In this document: in pieces, positions 1-11,800 of the stretch
Layout of the letters: the number at the start of each line of letters is the position of its first letter
How positions within the stretch are numbered: the stretch's first letter is position 1
Translations under genes and position numbers: made by a program
Origin: the human T2T-CHM13v2.0 reference genome, Homo sapiens
DNA: 64,000 nucleotides
Strand: one strand, 5' to 3'
Assembly (NCBI RefSeq): GCF_009914755.1
Contig: NC_060935.1
Notes under the pieces: model-generated
What the model saw: only the letters and a program-made list of their open reading frames with translations
Database searches by the model: none
Told to the model about the DNA's origin: nothing

Positions 1-764
1 TGTATCTTCTCTTTCATTTATAATTTTACTTGAGTCTTTTTTAAGAAAACCTTGCTAAAGTTTTATACAATTTGTATATCTTTTCAAAAAAACCACTCTA
101 GCTTCACTGATCTTTTTAATATATTTTAGTCCCTATTTCATCCATTTCTGCTCTAATCTTATTATTCTTCATTCTGCTAACTGGTGTGGGTCTGATGTCT
201 GCATCTGTGGGGATGAGTCTGAAGCCTGGGACTATATGGGTTGGCCTGATGCTGGGGTTTATCGGGCTGGTCTTGGTGCACAGGTCCATAGACAAGCCTG
301 GGGCTCTCATCACTCTCCTTCCCAACAAGGAGGATCTCTCATTCCTGTGCTATCTGGGGTTGGGGGAAGGGTGACATGGATGACGTAAAGCTGTCCTTCC
401 TACCCTCTTATTTCTGTGCTTCACTCAGGTGCTGTCATATAGATTCTTTAGTTCTCTCTTTGTGTTATTTCTTACAACTACCTGTAAATCTACATTTATT
501 AAAAATAAAAGTGTAATAATATATGAATGTAAAATTAAGACATTTACAGAAATAACAAAATCAAAAGAATTCATCACCAGCAGACTTCCAGTGTAAGAGG
601 TGTTATAGATATTAAAAAGTGTTCATGACATTAGAAAATGATACTACATTGTAACTTGTATATACAAAAAGAAATAAAAGGTACCAGAAATGATAACTAG
701 ATGGGTAAATATAAAGCTATTTTCTCTTTTTTTAGTTACTTTCTAAATCTTTCTTTTTTAAAAA

Positions 765-1312
765 AACTTTTATTTTAGGTTCAGGGTTACATGTATAGCT
801 TTGTTATTTAGGTAAATTGCATGTCACAGGAGTTTAGTGTACAAATTATTTTGTCACCCAGGTAGTGTGCATAGTACTTGATAGGTAGTTTTTCGTTTTT
901 CTCCCTCCTCCCACCCTCCACCTTCAAGTACGCCCCAGTGTCTGTTATTTCCTTCTTTGTGTCTATGTGTACTAAATGTTCAACTTCCACTTATAAGTGA
1001 GAACATGTGAGATATATATAGAGAGAAATGCTATTTTATTAAATTCTGGCACTGCCAATTATATATTTATATCTATATATCTATATCTATATCTATATCT
1101 ATATCTATATCTATATCTATATCTATATCTATATCTATGGTTTTCGCTCCTGTATTAGTTTGCTTAGGATAATGGCCTCTATCTCCACCCACGTTGCTGC
1201 AAAGGACATGATCTCATTCTTTTTTATGGCTGTGTATTATTCCATGGTATATATATGTACTACATTTTCTTTTATACAGTCTACCATTGTTGGGCATTTA
1301 GGTGAATTTCAT
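765..1312 (-). mobile_element. L1PA (older, L1PA13-16-like) 3' end, interrupted by an insertion
   Basis: T-rich tail followed by antisense L1 3'UTR (TTATAAGTGAGAACATG, AAGGACATGATCTCATTC). Confidence 0.8.
1068..1138. repeat. (CTATAT)n microsatellite
   Basis: About 10 perfect hexamer copies. Confidence 0.95.
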
Positions 1313-1489
1313 GATAAAGCAAAATTTTTATTATTTAATATCTTTTAAAAATAATGACTTATTCCAAACGAAAAACCCACAATAACAATATATTGTGAAG
1401 TTTTAAAAAGTTGTATAAGTAGAAGTACAGTGTATGAGAACAATCTATTAATAATATTGTATCAAACATTTAAGGAAAGAAATAATACC

Positions 1490-1975
1490 AATTACCAAAA
1501 ATTGAAGCGTTTAGAATACTTACCATCTCAGTTAATGAAGACAATATTATTCTGATACCAAAAGTAGACAAAAATATTGCAATAAATAAAATATATAAGC
1601 CAATATCTCTCAAGGATATATATACAAAAATACTTAACAAACTTCTGGCATATCAAATTCAACAATATGTAAAAGGATAATACATGAAGACAATTGGGGT
1701 TCATTCCAGGAATGCAGATTGGTTTAACATTGAAAATCAAACATTGTAACTCACTATATTAACAGACTTAAAGAAAAATTATATGACCATCTCAGCAGAT
1801 GGAGAAAAAGCACTGGACAATATCCGGCATCCATTAATAAAAACTCTCAATAACTTAGAAGTAAAAGGGGACTTCCTCAACCTGATGAAGGATGTCTATG
1901 AAAATCCTACACCTAACCTAAGCAAATATCCTGAAAAACTAAATGCTTTCCCCTAGGATCAAGAACAAGGCACGT
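1490..1975 (+). mobile_element. Old L1M ORF2 fragment
   Basis: Degenerate ORF2 RT-region sequence (GGGGTTCATTCCAGGAATGCA, ATCTCAGCAGATGGAGAAAAAGCA). Confidence 0.7.
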
Positions 1976-4900
1976 ATGAAAGAAAAGTTATTTGGAATAT
2001 TGTTGTATTCACCTCTGAAAAGTACAATGCGTCCCAATCTTTTAGAATTTTGATAAATTTTTGAGTGTGTATGTGTGTGTGTGTGTGTAATGGAGAATGA
2101 TCTAAGTTCAAAGACCTCTAATTCAAAGATTGAAGAATCCGTATCTCAAAGAGAACCTCTCTTGATTAAAGAATGATGAAACTGGTTCTGAAACATTTGA
2201 CTCCAAAGCTTACACATTTCTACAAGATTCCTTGGCCAGTGTTACCTCACCATAGCTGTGCTACAGTTTGTGCTCTCCTGGGTTTAGTGTTTTCAAACAT
2301 TTATTCTAATTTACTTGGCAGAATTGTTAGTAATAATGTAAGCAGGAGGTGGATATAAACTTGACAATAAAAACTCTCACAGAACATTTTTAAAGAAATG
2401 CTATTTTATTAAATTCTGGCACTGCCAATGATGGGGGCCACAATTATACATTTTACAGATCTTCATCTTATTTAAACAATAGCCTGAAATCACAAATCAG
2501 TTGTGTATTCATTATTTGAATGCAATTGCTCCTGTGGAAGTCCTTCATTCTCTGAGGGCATTTAGTCAGCTTGATTACATGTATCATAATTTCCTTTGTA
2601 CAGTCAACCTTCAAGAATACTGGTAAATTTCTTCCTCAGAAACTCCATGCCATAGGATGAACAATAGCGAGTTAGTGAGTCACTCTTACAGCATGTCCTT
2701 CCCTGCAAATTATCCTGTCCAAGTAATGCTTTTGTTTCCTGTCCATTTGACATGTATTTATCATAAGGAAAATACCAGTTTGTGTCCTATTTTCATTGTA
2801 GGGGAGCTGGGAAAATGATAATCTTATATAGTTCTCCTTTTGTGAAGTTTTTTTTCCATTATCATTAATACTAGTTAATTTTCTAGTCCCTCTTCCCTTT
2901 AAATTTCAAGTAAACTTGTACTAGTATGTACACCACTTCTCCTAAATCTGAAAATCAGACCCAAAGATAGAAATATCCGAAAGAAGAAAACAATTGGAAT
3001 TAACAACTTTAATTTCCCTTACTGGATACAAAACAAATATTCAGTAAATTTTTTGTGAAAAATGCGTATGTGTCCTGTTTTATTTTCAAATCCTGAATAC
3101 TTGACTGAATAAATATTTTACCTGGTTTCTTTGCTTGGAGCACATAAGAAACATAAGGGGTCTTTGCTCTTCAAGTTCTTACAATCTAGTTATGCAATGA
3201 AACATTTAATGAAAATATAAGGCAGGATATCAAGTAGTGCCATTTTGAAGGACTATTATATGCCAATGTGTTGGAGAATCCTTGCTGCCAGTGTTAAGGT
3301 CAAAGTTGAAAAAAAGAGAATAGTTGGTGTTGTACAGCCACAGTCTTCTTCCATAACTTATCCTTTCATTTCTAGAAGGCAGCCATTTAACAAGATTGAG
3401 GAATGCTGTAAGACTCTAAGACCATAGCTTGTTTGAACACCATCTCCCATTCTACGTTTGACTCTCATACATTCCACCTTCACTTCAAGTCTACTCTAAC
3501 AGGAATGATGAGTTTGCCTGAGCTACTTCCTAGAGATACATCAGTGCCTCTGAGATAATAGAACAAGGGAGAACAGCTCTGAGTTCTGGATGAATGCTGC
3601 ATCTTCACTGCATTTCTTTCTCTCTCTCTCTCTTTTTTCTTTCCATGAATGCTAGGTTCAGTTTCTGCATTTACAGTGGAATAGGCACTATTCAAAGGCC
3701 AAGGAATCCTTATCTCAAAAAGTGCCTCTGTTTATTAAAAGACTAAAAGGATTTTGAGACCTCTAATATATTGGGTAAAAAATGGGGTGGGATTTGATTA
3801 TCTCTAAAGTACTATTGTCTAATTGAAATGTGTAGTCTTTGAAGACATACAGATTTGAGTTGAAATCCTGGCTTTAACTATTATGGTTGGCATGGCCTGG
3901 TAAAAGTTATTTTATCTTACTTTATCTGTATATCATTAATAACAATAAAAATATTGCTGCAAAATATATTTCTTAGGAGGATTAATGCAGACCAAGCAAC
4001 TAGTACAGTGCCTTGTACATACATATGTCAAAAATGATTATAATTATGATTCCCATTCTAATAGTCTTATAATTTTTTCTCTTCAAAACACTTCTGATCT
4101 AATTCTATAAAGTGTCTCTTCATCTAGGTTTAGCAATACTTTTATTATCTTATGTCTCTGATGTTATAATAGTTTATTAACTGGCCATTCTACCATTTCT
4201 CCTTTTTTTGTCTCTCTTTTCTAATTTATCTCATGGTTTAGCATTTAAAGAAGTGGCTTCTCAGGATAAAGGTATTTCTATAGATGACAAGGAGGAGGAA
4301 AAGTAAACAGGTAGGATGCCTAGGGCATAATCTGAATTCTTTAGGTTGGCATTCAAGGACATTTTCATCTTATAGAATAGGTTAGGTGAATACAACACAA
4401 CTCCTTCCTCTTGTATGGTAAGCTGGTTTAACTAAAACCTTGAGTTATCTTTTATAATTTTGAAGTCTAGAAATGCCCTTTCTTTTGTAGTTGCCCTATA
4501 AACTCAATGAAGATATTAAAACCTTGCTAATCTTTCAGAAACAATTTGAACCTTAGCTTGTATCATAAGCTCTCTTTGATTTCTTCAACCAGCTTGGTAA
4601 GAAACATGAGCGCCTATTTTACATGACACTTAATATAACTATTTTATTTAGACCTCATAATATCCTACAAAGCAATTATTTTAAATCTTACTCTTAAAAG
4701 TGGAGACTAAAACTGCAATTATGACATCTGTACAAAATTCTACAACTAGACCTGGTTGGATCAGTATTAGAATACTGGTAGGTTCAATTGACACCAAAAC
4801 CCATGTTATTTCTATCTCTCAATGTGGCCTAAAGTATATACTACCATGAGTGGGAGAATAAAGAAAATGTGACTTTCTAAGTCACCTTGGACAATCACTT

Positions 4901-5320
4901 TTCTCCTTGTATTTTATCATTTTAAAAAATGTGGTTTCTAAGCTGGGAAATATGTATACAAAGGTTTTTTCATTGCCTTTTATATTTTTGTTTACAGTAT
5001 TCTGTATGTATTTAATAAAGTTATTTCATAAAAAGTAAAACAATCATTTACTAATACAAATGAGGATACGAATAGCATTTCACATACCTCTGAACCATAG
5101 AACATAGATTTTGGAGAGACTCTAGACATCATCTAATCCAGCCTCCTCATTTTCTAGATGAAGTGTTTGCAAGGGAGAGAGTGAGGTAGACCATTTGGCC
5201 AAAGCTGGGGGAAAGTGTGTGACTGAGTTGCAACTCAGTTATTCTGATTTCCACCTGAATGATTTGAGATGTGAATAGTTGCTTTCCTGGCAGGCAAATT
5301 GTGAGTTTTCATAGCACAGA

Positions 5321-6316
5321 CTATGGGGGTGGGCTGCCTGCTGTAGACTCTCGGAAGCTGCTGCACAAAAGCCTTTGCAGAGCATGCTTCACCTCCTTGT
5401 TCCGCAAAGTGTAAATGAATGGGTTGAGCATTGGAGTTACGATTGTGTAGAAGACAGCAGGGGCCCCAGCTCCTGCCTCACTGGAGCGAGGCTGCAGGTA
5501 GATACAGACAGGTGGCACGTAGTACAGGAGCACCCCAGTGAGCTGGGCAGTGCAGGGGGAGAAGGCCCGCTGCCGGCCCTGGGCTGTGCGGATGCGCAAC
5601 ACAGCTGCCACGATGAAGATGTAGGAAATAACGATGAGGATGAGGCAGCCTGCAGCCACGATGCCAATGCTGGCAAGCATGACTAGCTCATTAATGGTGG
5701 TGTCTGTACAGGCGAGCTTTAGGACAGGGGGTATGTCGCAGAAGAAGTAGGCAATGTGGCAAGGCCCACAGTAGAGCAGGCGGAAGGTGAGGGAGGTGTG
5801 GATTGCAGCGTGCGTGGCACCTATGGCCCAGGTGATTCCAGCCATTTCTGCACACATCCTTCTGTTCATGGCCACTGGGTAGTGCAGGGGTTGACAGATA
5901 GCCAGATAGCGGTCATAGGCCATGACTGTGTACAGGAAGCACTCAGTGCTGGCCAGAAAGTGGAAGCAATAAAGCTGTACGGCACAGCCCTCAAAGGAGA
6001 TCACCTTCCCATCCAGAGTCAGCAGGCCTGCCATGACCTTGGGCACTGTCACTGTAGACAAACAGGCATCCAGGAAGGAGAGGTGCCCCAGGAAGTGGTA
6101 CATGGGTAAGCTGAGGTGAGAGTCAGAGCCCACAGTTAGGAGGATGAGGAGATTCCCAGCCACAGTGATGCTGTAGATGAGGAGGAAGAGGAGGAAGAAG
6201 AGGCTAGAATGTTTAGCGGTGTACCTCAAACCCTCCAGGAAGAAGTGGCTCACCACAGTCTGGTTGGGGTTCTCCGTTGTCATGGTCATCTTCTCACACA
6301 CAGAGCGGCTAGTCAT
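5321..6316 (-). CDS. OR10S1: Olfactory receptor family 10 subfamily S member 1 (331 aa from ATG at 6316; ORF is open further upstream to 6379)
   Basis: Intronless 7TM ORF with OR motifs GNLLI, PMYHFL, MAYDRYLAICQPLHY, FFCD, PMLNPFIYTLRN and an NQT sequon; the N-terminus MTSRSVCEKMTMTTENPNQT matches my recall of OR10S1. Confidence 0.93.
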   Translation of the reverse strand: MTSRSVCEKMTMTTENPNQTVVSHFFLEGLRYTAKHSSLFFLLFLLIYSITVAGNLLILLTVGSDSHLSLPMYHFLGHLSFLDACLSTVTVPKVMAGLLTLDGKVISFEGCAVQLYCFHFLASTECFLYTVMAYDRYLAICQPLHYPVAMNRRMCAEMAGITWAIGATHAAIHTSLTFRLLYCGPCHIAYFFCDIPPVLKLACTDTTINELVMLASIGIVAAGCLILIVISYIFIVAAVLRIRTAQGRQRAFSPCTAQLTGVLLYYVPPVCIYLQPRSSEAGAGAPAVFYTIVTPMLNPFIYTLRNKEVKHALQRLLCSSFRESTAGSPPP

Positions 6317-7473
6317 CCCCTTTGCAACAAAACTGACATTAATGGAATAAATAGCTGTATCCCTTTCCTGAGATGTCATTATCCATCAAGCCACACCACC
6401 TTGGTCTTACCCAGTAAGCAAGAGAAAGATGTACAAGTTCATCTTACAGTTTTGTTCTGCTCTAGTCTAGTGCTTCCTTGCTGTTTATTTCTTCATAATG
6501 AATCTTTCAATACAAGATCTGCAGTTTTGGTGAGGTATATAAAGGACTGTAAGAATTATTTGCAGAAATGCACTCCCTAAATAATGACAATAAAAATATG
6601 GATTATAAATCCTACTCTCAATGAGTATTTTTTGCAAATATTCCAGAATTGTGATGCCTCTGCCCTCCTACTCTATGTACCCTGCCATGCTGTAGATGTA
6701 GAAAGGCAGGTTCTTATTGCTGTGTCATCAGGGAGATGCATCCTATTTTCAGGTGAGACTTGCCTGGAGTTTTGGTGCTATTACATCAGCCAGAAACACA
6801 GCAGCCCCACCCATTACTCAACCAGAGGAGTTCTTTGGAATTTCAGTTACCCACAATCCTCAAGTGTGTAACAATTGAGGCTTGGAGAATAGACTGAATC
6901 ATTATCAGGACAATTTTTTCTATACACTTTGTGTTCTTCCTGTAAAGCTCTGTTTCAAAATTTGGGGAATTGTTTGCCTTTTCCTTTCTTGTTGAGCCTT
7001 TCCACTGGACTGTAATTGAGATTTAAAGAGTTCTCTTTGATTCTTCCATCTTTCACCTCGTTAGCCTAACAGATGTTGCATTAGGTGAAAAATTTCCTTA
7101 AACTGCTTTTTTTCCGTGTTGTCTCTTCAATTCCTGTGGATTTTACCTAAACCCACCTCTTCATATTTTACACCTTGATTTTCACAATGGTATTTTATGT
7201 CCCATCTCTTCCTTACTCCCTGATATACCAAATGATTCAGTATTCAACTTTTTTGTGCCAGTTTTCTTAAAAAAAATCGAATATATCTTTTCTTACTGTT
7301 CCTTAGTGCCTGAGATATAAAGTGTATCTCTGTCCTACATTCAGAATTATCTGTAAACTATTTCCATTATCATGAAAAAAATCTTTATCTTCTGCAATCC
7401 CCTAAGAAACTCCTGTTATCCAGGGATGCTATTTGCCTCATCTCCTCAATTTGCCATAATCTCTCTCTGATCT

Positions 7474-8845
7474 TGTCACAGGATCCTTAGGATGTCACTT
7501 TTCCAGACAGAAACCTCTGTGGCTGGTGGTTCCTCTGCTTGAGTTTGCTCATGGCTGCTGGGTTCTTTTCACCCACTTGGCCTGGCAGGCTGCACTTGGC
7601 TCGTGCTACCAGCCTGGATTCCATGCTTGCCAAGGGTGGGAGAGGCGAGAGGTGTGTGAGTGAGCAAGCACAGGGGTCTGGCCACTGCACACAGCCAGGC
7701 ACACTTGCTGCTGTGGTGGGATGGGCAGCTCCAGGTGCCAGCAGAGGCACCAGCTTCATGTGAGGCTATAGCTGGACCAGGCATACTGCAAGTGGTTTCC
7801 ATTATGGGCACCAGCATCTGGACGAGGGGAATATGGGGGCACCCAAAAGCTCAGAGATGCCAGGAACTGCAGAGCCCAAAGAGGGTATTACAGCCTGTCA
7901 CAGCCCTGGCTCAGGGAGTCCTGAGGTCTGGGCTCCAAGAAGCTCTTCTTTCCTTCTCGTCACCCACAATGCAGCCAATGAGGGGGTGAGTTTGGGGGTT
8001 TGTGTTTCAGTCTGTTTGTGTTACAGCCCTTTCAGTCCCACCACCCCACTCTGACCTGCAGCTCCTGGGCTGGCCTGGCCCACCTCTGCTTCCTGTCCCA
8101 TTGGGTGGCCACCCAGCACTGGCAGAGGGTGGGAGGGCTATAGTGTTACAGCAGCTCTGGCTTGGGGAGTCCCGAGGTCTGGGCCACCAGGAGGGTCACC
8201 ACTTTTTACTCCCATAGTCCGGGAGCATGTCACCACCCACAGCTTGGCAAATGAGCCAGGAACATGTTACAGCACCTTTAGCTCCCCCTGTTCGGTGGGT
8301 CCCAAGTTCTCATCCTGCGTCCAGGAAGAATGAGGATACTAGAGGACAACTAGAGGGTGAGCAAGGTGCAGAGGAGCTTTATTAAGCAAGAAAACAGCTC
8401 TCAGGAGACCTGAAGTCAGTAGCTCCTTTCTGCAGGCAGGTCCCCCCAGTGAGTGAGTTTGGCTGCATCTGAGGCTTTTATGTGCTTAGAATGGAGGAAG
8501 TGCATGCTGATTGGTCCATGGGTGGCTATAGGTGGGTCTGGAAAAAGCGTCATCCAATTGGCCAAAAGGCGTCAATGAAGTTCTCACTCTGGGTTGTGGA
8601 CTTTACCCAGAACTGGCACCCCAGACCCCAGGCTCCAGGCTGTCCCTGGCATGAAGGTGGGGTTTCACTGGGGACCCACCCCTCCCACCTAGGAACATGT
8701 CTGCCTCCTGCCATCCGTGATACACAGGCTGTCCAGGCCAAGGGGTGCCTGCAGGCTGGCACTGAGCCACCCTCAGCCCCTTGGCTTCCCTCCTGTGCTC
8801 CTTGGCACCCAAAGTCCAGAGGGAGACAGGGCAGCAGGGAGCTAG
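7474..8845 (-). mobile_element. ERV1-class LTR, MER52-like, truncated
   Basis: GC-rich 1.37 kb block starting TGTCACAGGATCCTT, matching my recall of the reverse complement of the MER52 terminus; sharp composition boundaries. Confidence 0.7.
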
Positions 8846-11800
8846 CTGAATGTTATTGCCTAGGTTTTCTTCGAGGGTTTCTATGGTTTTGGGTTTCACA
8901 TTTAAGTCTTTAATCCATCTTGAGTTAATTTTTGTATAAAGTGTAAGGAAGGGGTCCAGTTTCTGTTTTCTGCATGTGGCTAGCCAGTTTTCCCAGCACC
9001 ATTTATGAAATAGGGAATATTTTCCCCACTGCTTGTTTTTGTCGGGTTTGTTGAAGATCCGATGGTGGAAGACGTGTGGTCTTATTTCTGAGGTCTCTAT
9101 TCTGTTCCATTGGTCTATATGTTTGTTTTGGTACCAGTACCATGCTGTGTTTGTTTACTGAAGCCTTATAGTATAGTTTTAAGTCAGGTAGTGTGATGCC
9201 TCCAGCTTTGTTCTTTTTGCTTAGGACTGTCTTGGCTATGTGGACTCTTTTTGGTTCCATATGCAATTTAAAGTAGACTTTCTAATTTCTGTGAAGAAAG
9301 CAGTTTGATGGGAATAGCATTGAATCCATAAATTACTTTGGCAGTATGGCCACTTTCACAATATTGATTCATCCTGTCCATGAGGGTGAAATGTTTTTCC
9401 ATTTGTTTGTGTTTTCTCATTTCCTTGAGCAGTGGTTTATAGTTCTCCTTGAAGAGGTCCTTCACATCCCTCGTTAGCTGTATTCCTAGGTATTTTATTC
9501 TCTTTGTAGCAATCGTGAATGGGAGTTCATTCATGATTTGGCTCTCTGCTTGTCTATTGTTGGTATACAGGAAGGCTTGTGATTTGTGCACATTGATTTT
9601 GTATCCTGAGCCTTTGCTAAAGTAGCCTGTCAGCTTAAGGAGTTTTGGGGCTGAGACGATAGGGTTTTCTAAATATAGGATTATCTCATCTGCAAACAGA
9701 GTCAATTTGACTTCCTCTCTTCCTATTTAAATACCCTTTATTTCTTTCTCTTGCCTGATTGCCCTGGCCAGAACTTCCATTCAAAACCATGTTCAATAGG
9801 AGTGATGACAAAAGGCATCTTTGTCGTGTGCTGTTTTTGTAAAGGGAATGCTTGCAGCTTTTCCCCATTCAGTATGATATAGGTCGTGGGTTTTTCATAG
9901 ACATCTTTTATTATTTTGAGATATGTTCCATTAATACCTAGTTTATTGAGAGTTTTTAGCAGGAAGGAATGTTGAATTTTATCAAGGTCCTTTTCTGCAT
10001 CTGTTGAGATAATAATGTGGTTTATGTCATTGGTTCTGTTTATGTGATGGATTACAGTTGCACACGTTGAACCAGCCTTGCATCTCAGGGATGAAGCTGA
10101 CATGATAGTGATGGATAAGCTTTTTGATGTGCTGCTGGATTCAGTTTGCCAGTATTTTTGCTGAGGATTTTCACATTGATATTCATCAGGGATATTGGCC
10201 TAAAGTTTTCTTTTTGTTGTTGTTGTTTTGTCTCTGCCAGATTTTGGTATCAGGATGATGCTAGCCTCATAAAATGATTTAGGGAGGAGGGCCTCCTTTT
10301 CAGTTGTTTGGAATAATTTCAGAAGGAATGATACCAGCTCCTCTTTGTACCTCTGGTAGAATTTGGCTGTGAAACCATCTGGTCCTGGGCTTTTTTTGGT
10401 TTGTAGGCTATTTATTAGTGCTTCAATTTCAGAACTTGTTATTGGTCTATTCAGGGATTCAACTTCTTCCTGATTTAGTTTTGGGAGGGTGTATGTGTCC
10501 AGGAATTTTTCCATTTCTTCCAGCTTTTCTAGTTTATGTGCAATGAGGTGTTTATAGTGTTCTCTGATTGTAGTTTGTGTTTCTGTGGGGTCAGTGGGGA
10601 TTTCTCCTTTATCATTTTTTATTGTGTCTATTTGATTCTTCTCCCTTTTCTTCATTAGTCTAGCTAGTGGTGTATTTTATTATTTTTTTTTTTTCAAAAA
10701 ACCAGCTCCTGGATTCATTGATTTTTTTTGAAGGGTTTTTCATGTCTCTGTCTCCTTCAGTTCTACTCTGATCTTAGTTATTTCTTGTCTTCTACTAGCT
10801 TTTGGATTGCTTTGCTCTTGCTTATCTAGTTCTTTTAATTTTGATGTTAGGGTATTAATTTGAGATCTTTCTAGCTTTCTGATATGGGCATTTAGTGCTA
10901 TAAATTTCCCTCTTAACACTGCTTTAGCTGCTTCCCAGAGATTCTGGTATGTTGTCTTTTTGTTCTCATTGGTTTCAAATAACTTATTTATTTCTGCCTT
11001 AATTTTGTTATTTACCCAGAAGTCATTCAGAAGCAGGTTGTTCAATTTCCATGAAGCTGTGTGGTTTTGAGTGAGTTTCTTAATCCTGAGTTCTATCTAA
11101 TTCGATCACACTGTGGTCTGAGAGACTGTTTGTTATGATTTCCATTCTTTTGCAGTTGCTGAGGAGTGTTTTACTTCCAATTATGTGGTCGATTTTAAAG
11201 TATCATGTGACACTGAGAAGAATGTATATTCTGTTGTTTTTGGGTGGAGAGTTCTGTAGATATCTATTAGGTCCACTTGATCCAGAGCTTAGTTCAAATC
11301 CTGAATATCCTTGTTAATTGTCTGTCTCGTTGATTTGTCTAATATTGACAGTGGCATGTTAAAATCTCCCACTATTATTGTGTGGGAGTTTAAGTCTCTT
11401 TGTAAGTCTCTAAGAACTTGTTTTATAATTCTAAGTGCTCCTGTATTGGGTGCACATATATTTAAGATAGTTAGGTCTTCTTGTTGAATTGATCTCTTTA
11501 CAATTATATAATGCCCTTCTTTGTCTTTTTTGGTCTTTCGTGGTTTGAAGGCTGTTTTGTCAGAGACTAGGATTGCAACCCCTGCTTTTTTCTGCTTTCC
11601 ACTTGCTTGGTAAATTTTCCTTCATCCCTTTATTTTGAACCTATGTGTGTCTTTGCACGTGAGATGGGTCTCTTGAATACAGTGCACTGGTGGTCTTAAC
11701 TCTTTATCCAGTTTGCCATTTGGTGTCTTTTCATTGGGGCATTTAGCCCATTCATATTTAATGCTAATGTTGTTATGTGTGAATTTGATCTAGTCATCAT

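Noticed and set aside
7487-8913. Dense overlapping ORFs in a GC-rich block resembling a gene or CpG island
   Set aside because: Explained by an ERV1-type LTR; CpG-depleted, with no coherent protein
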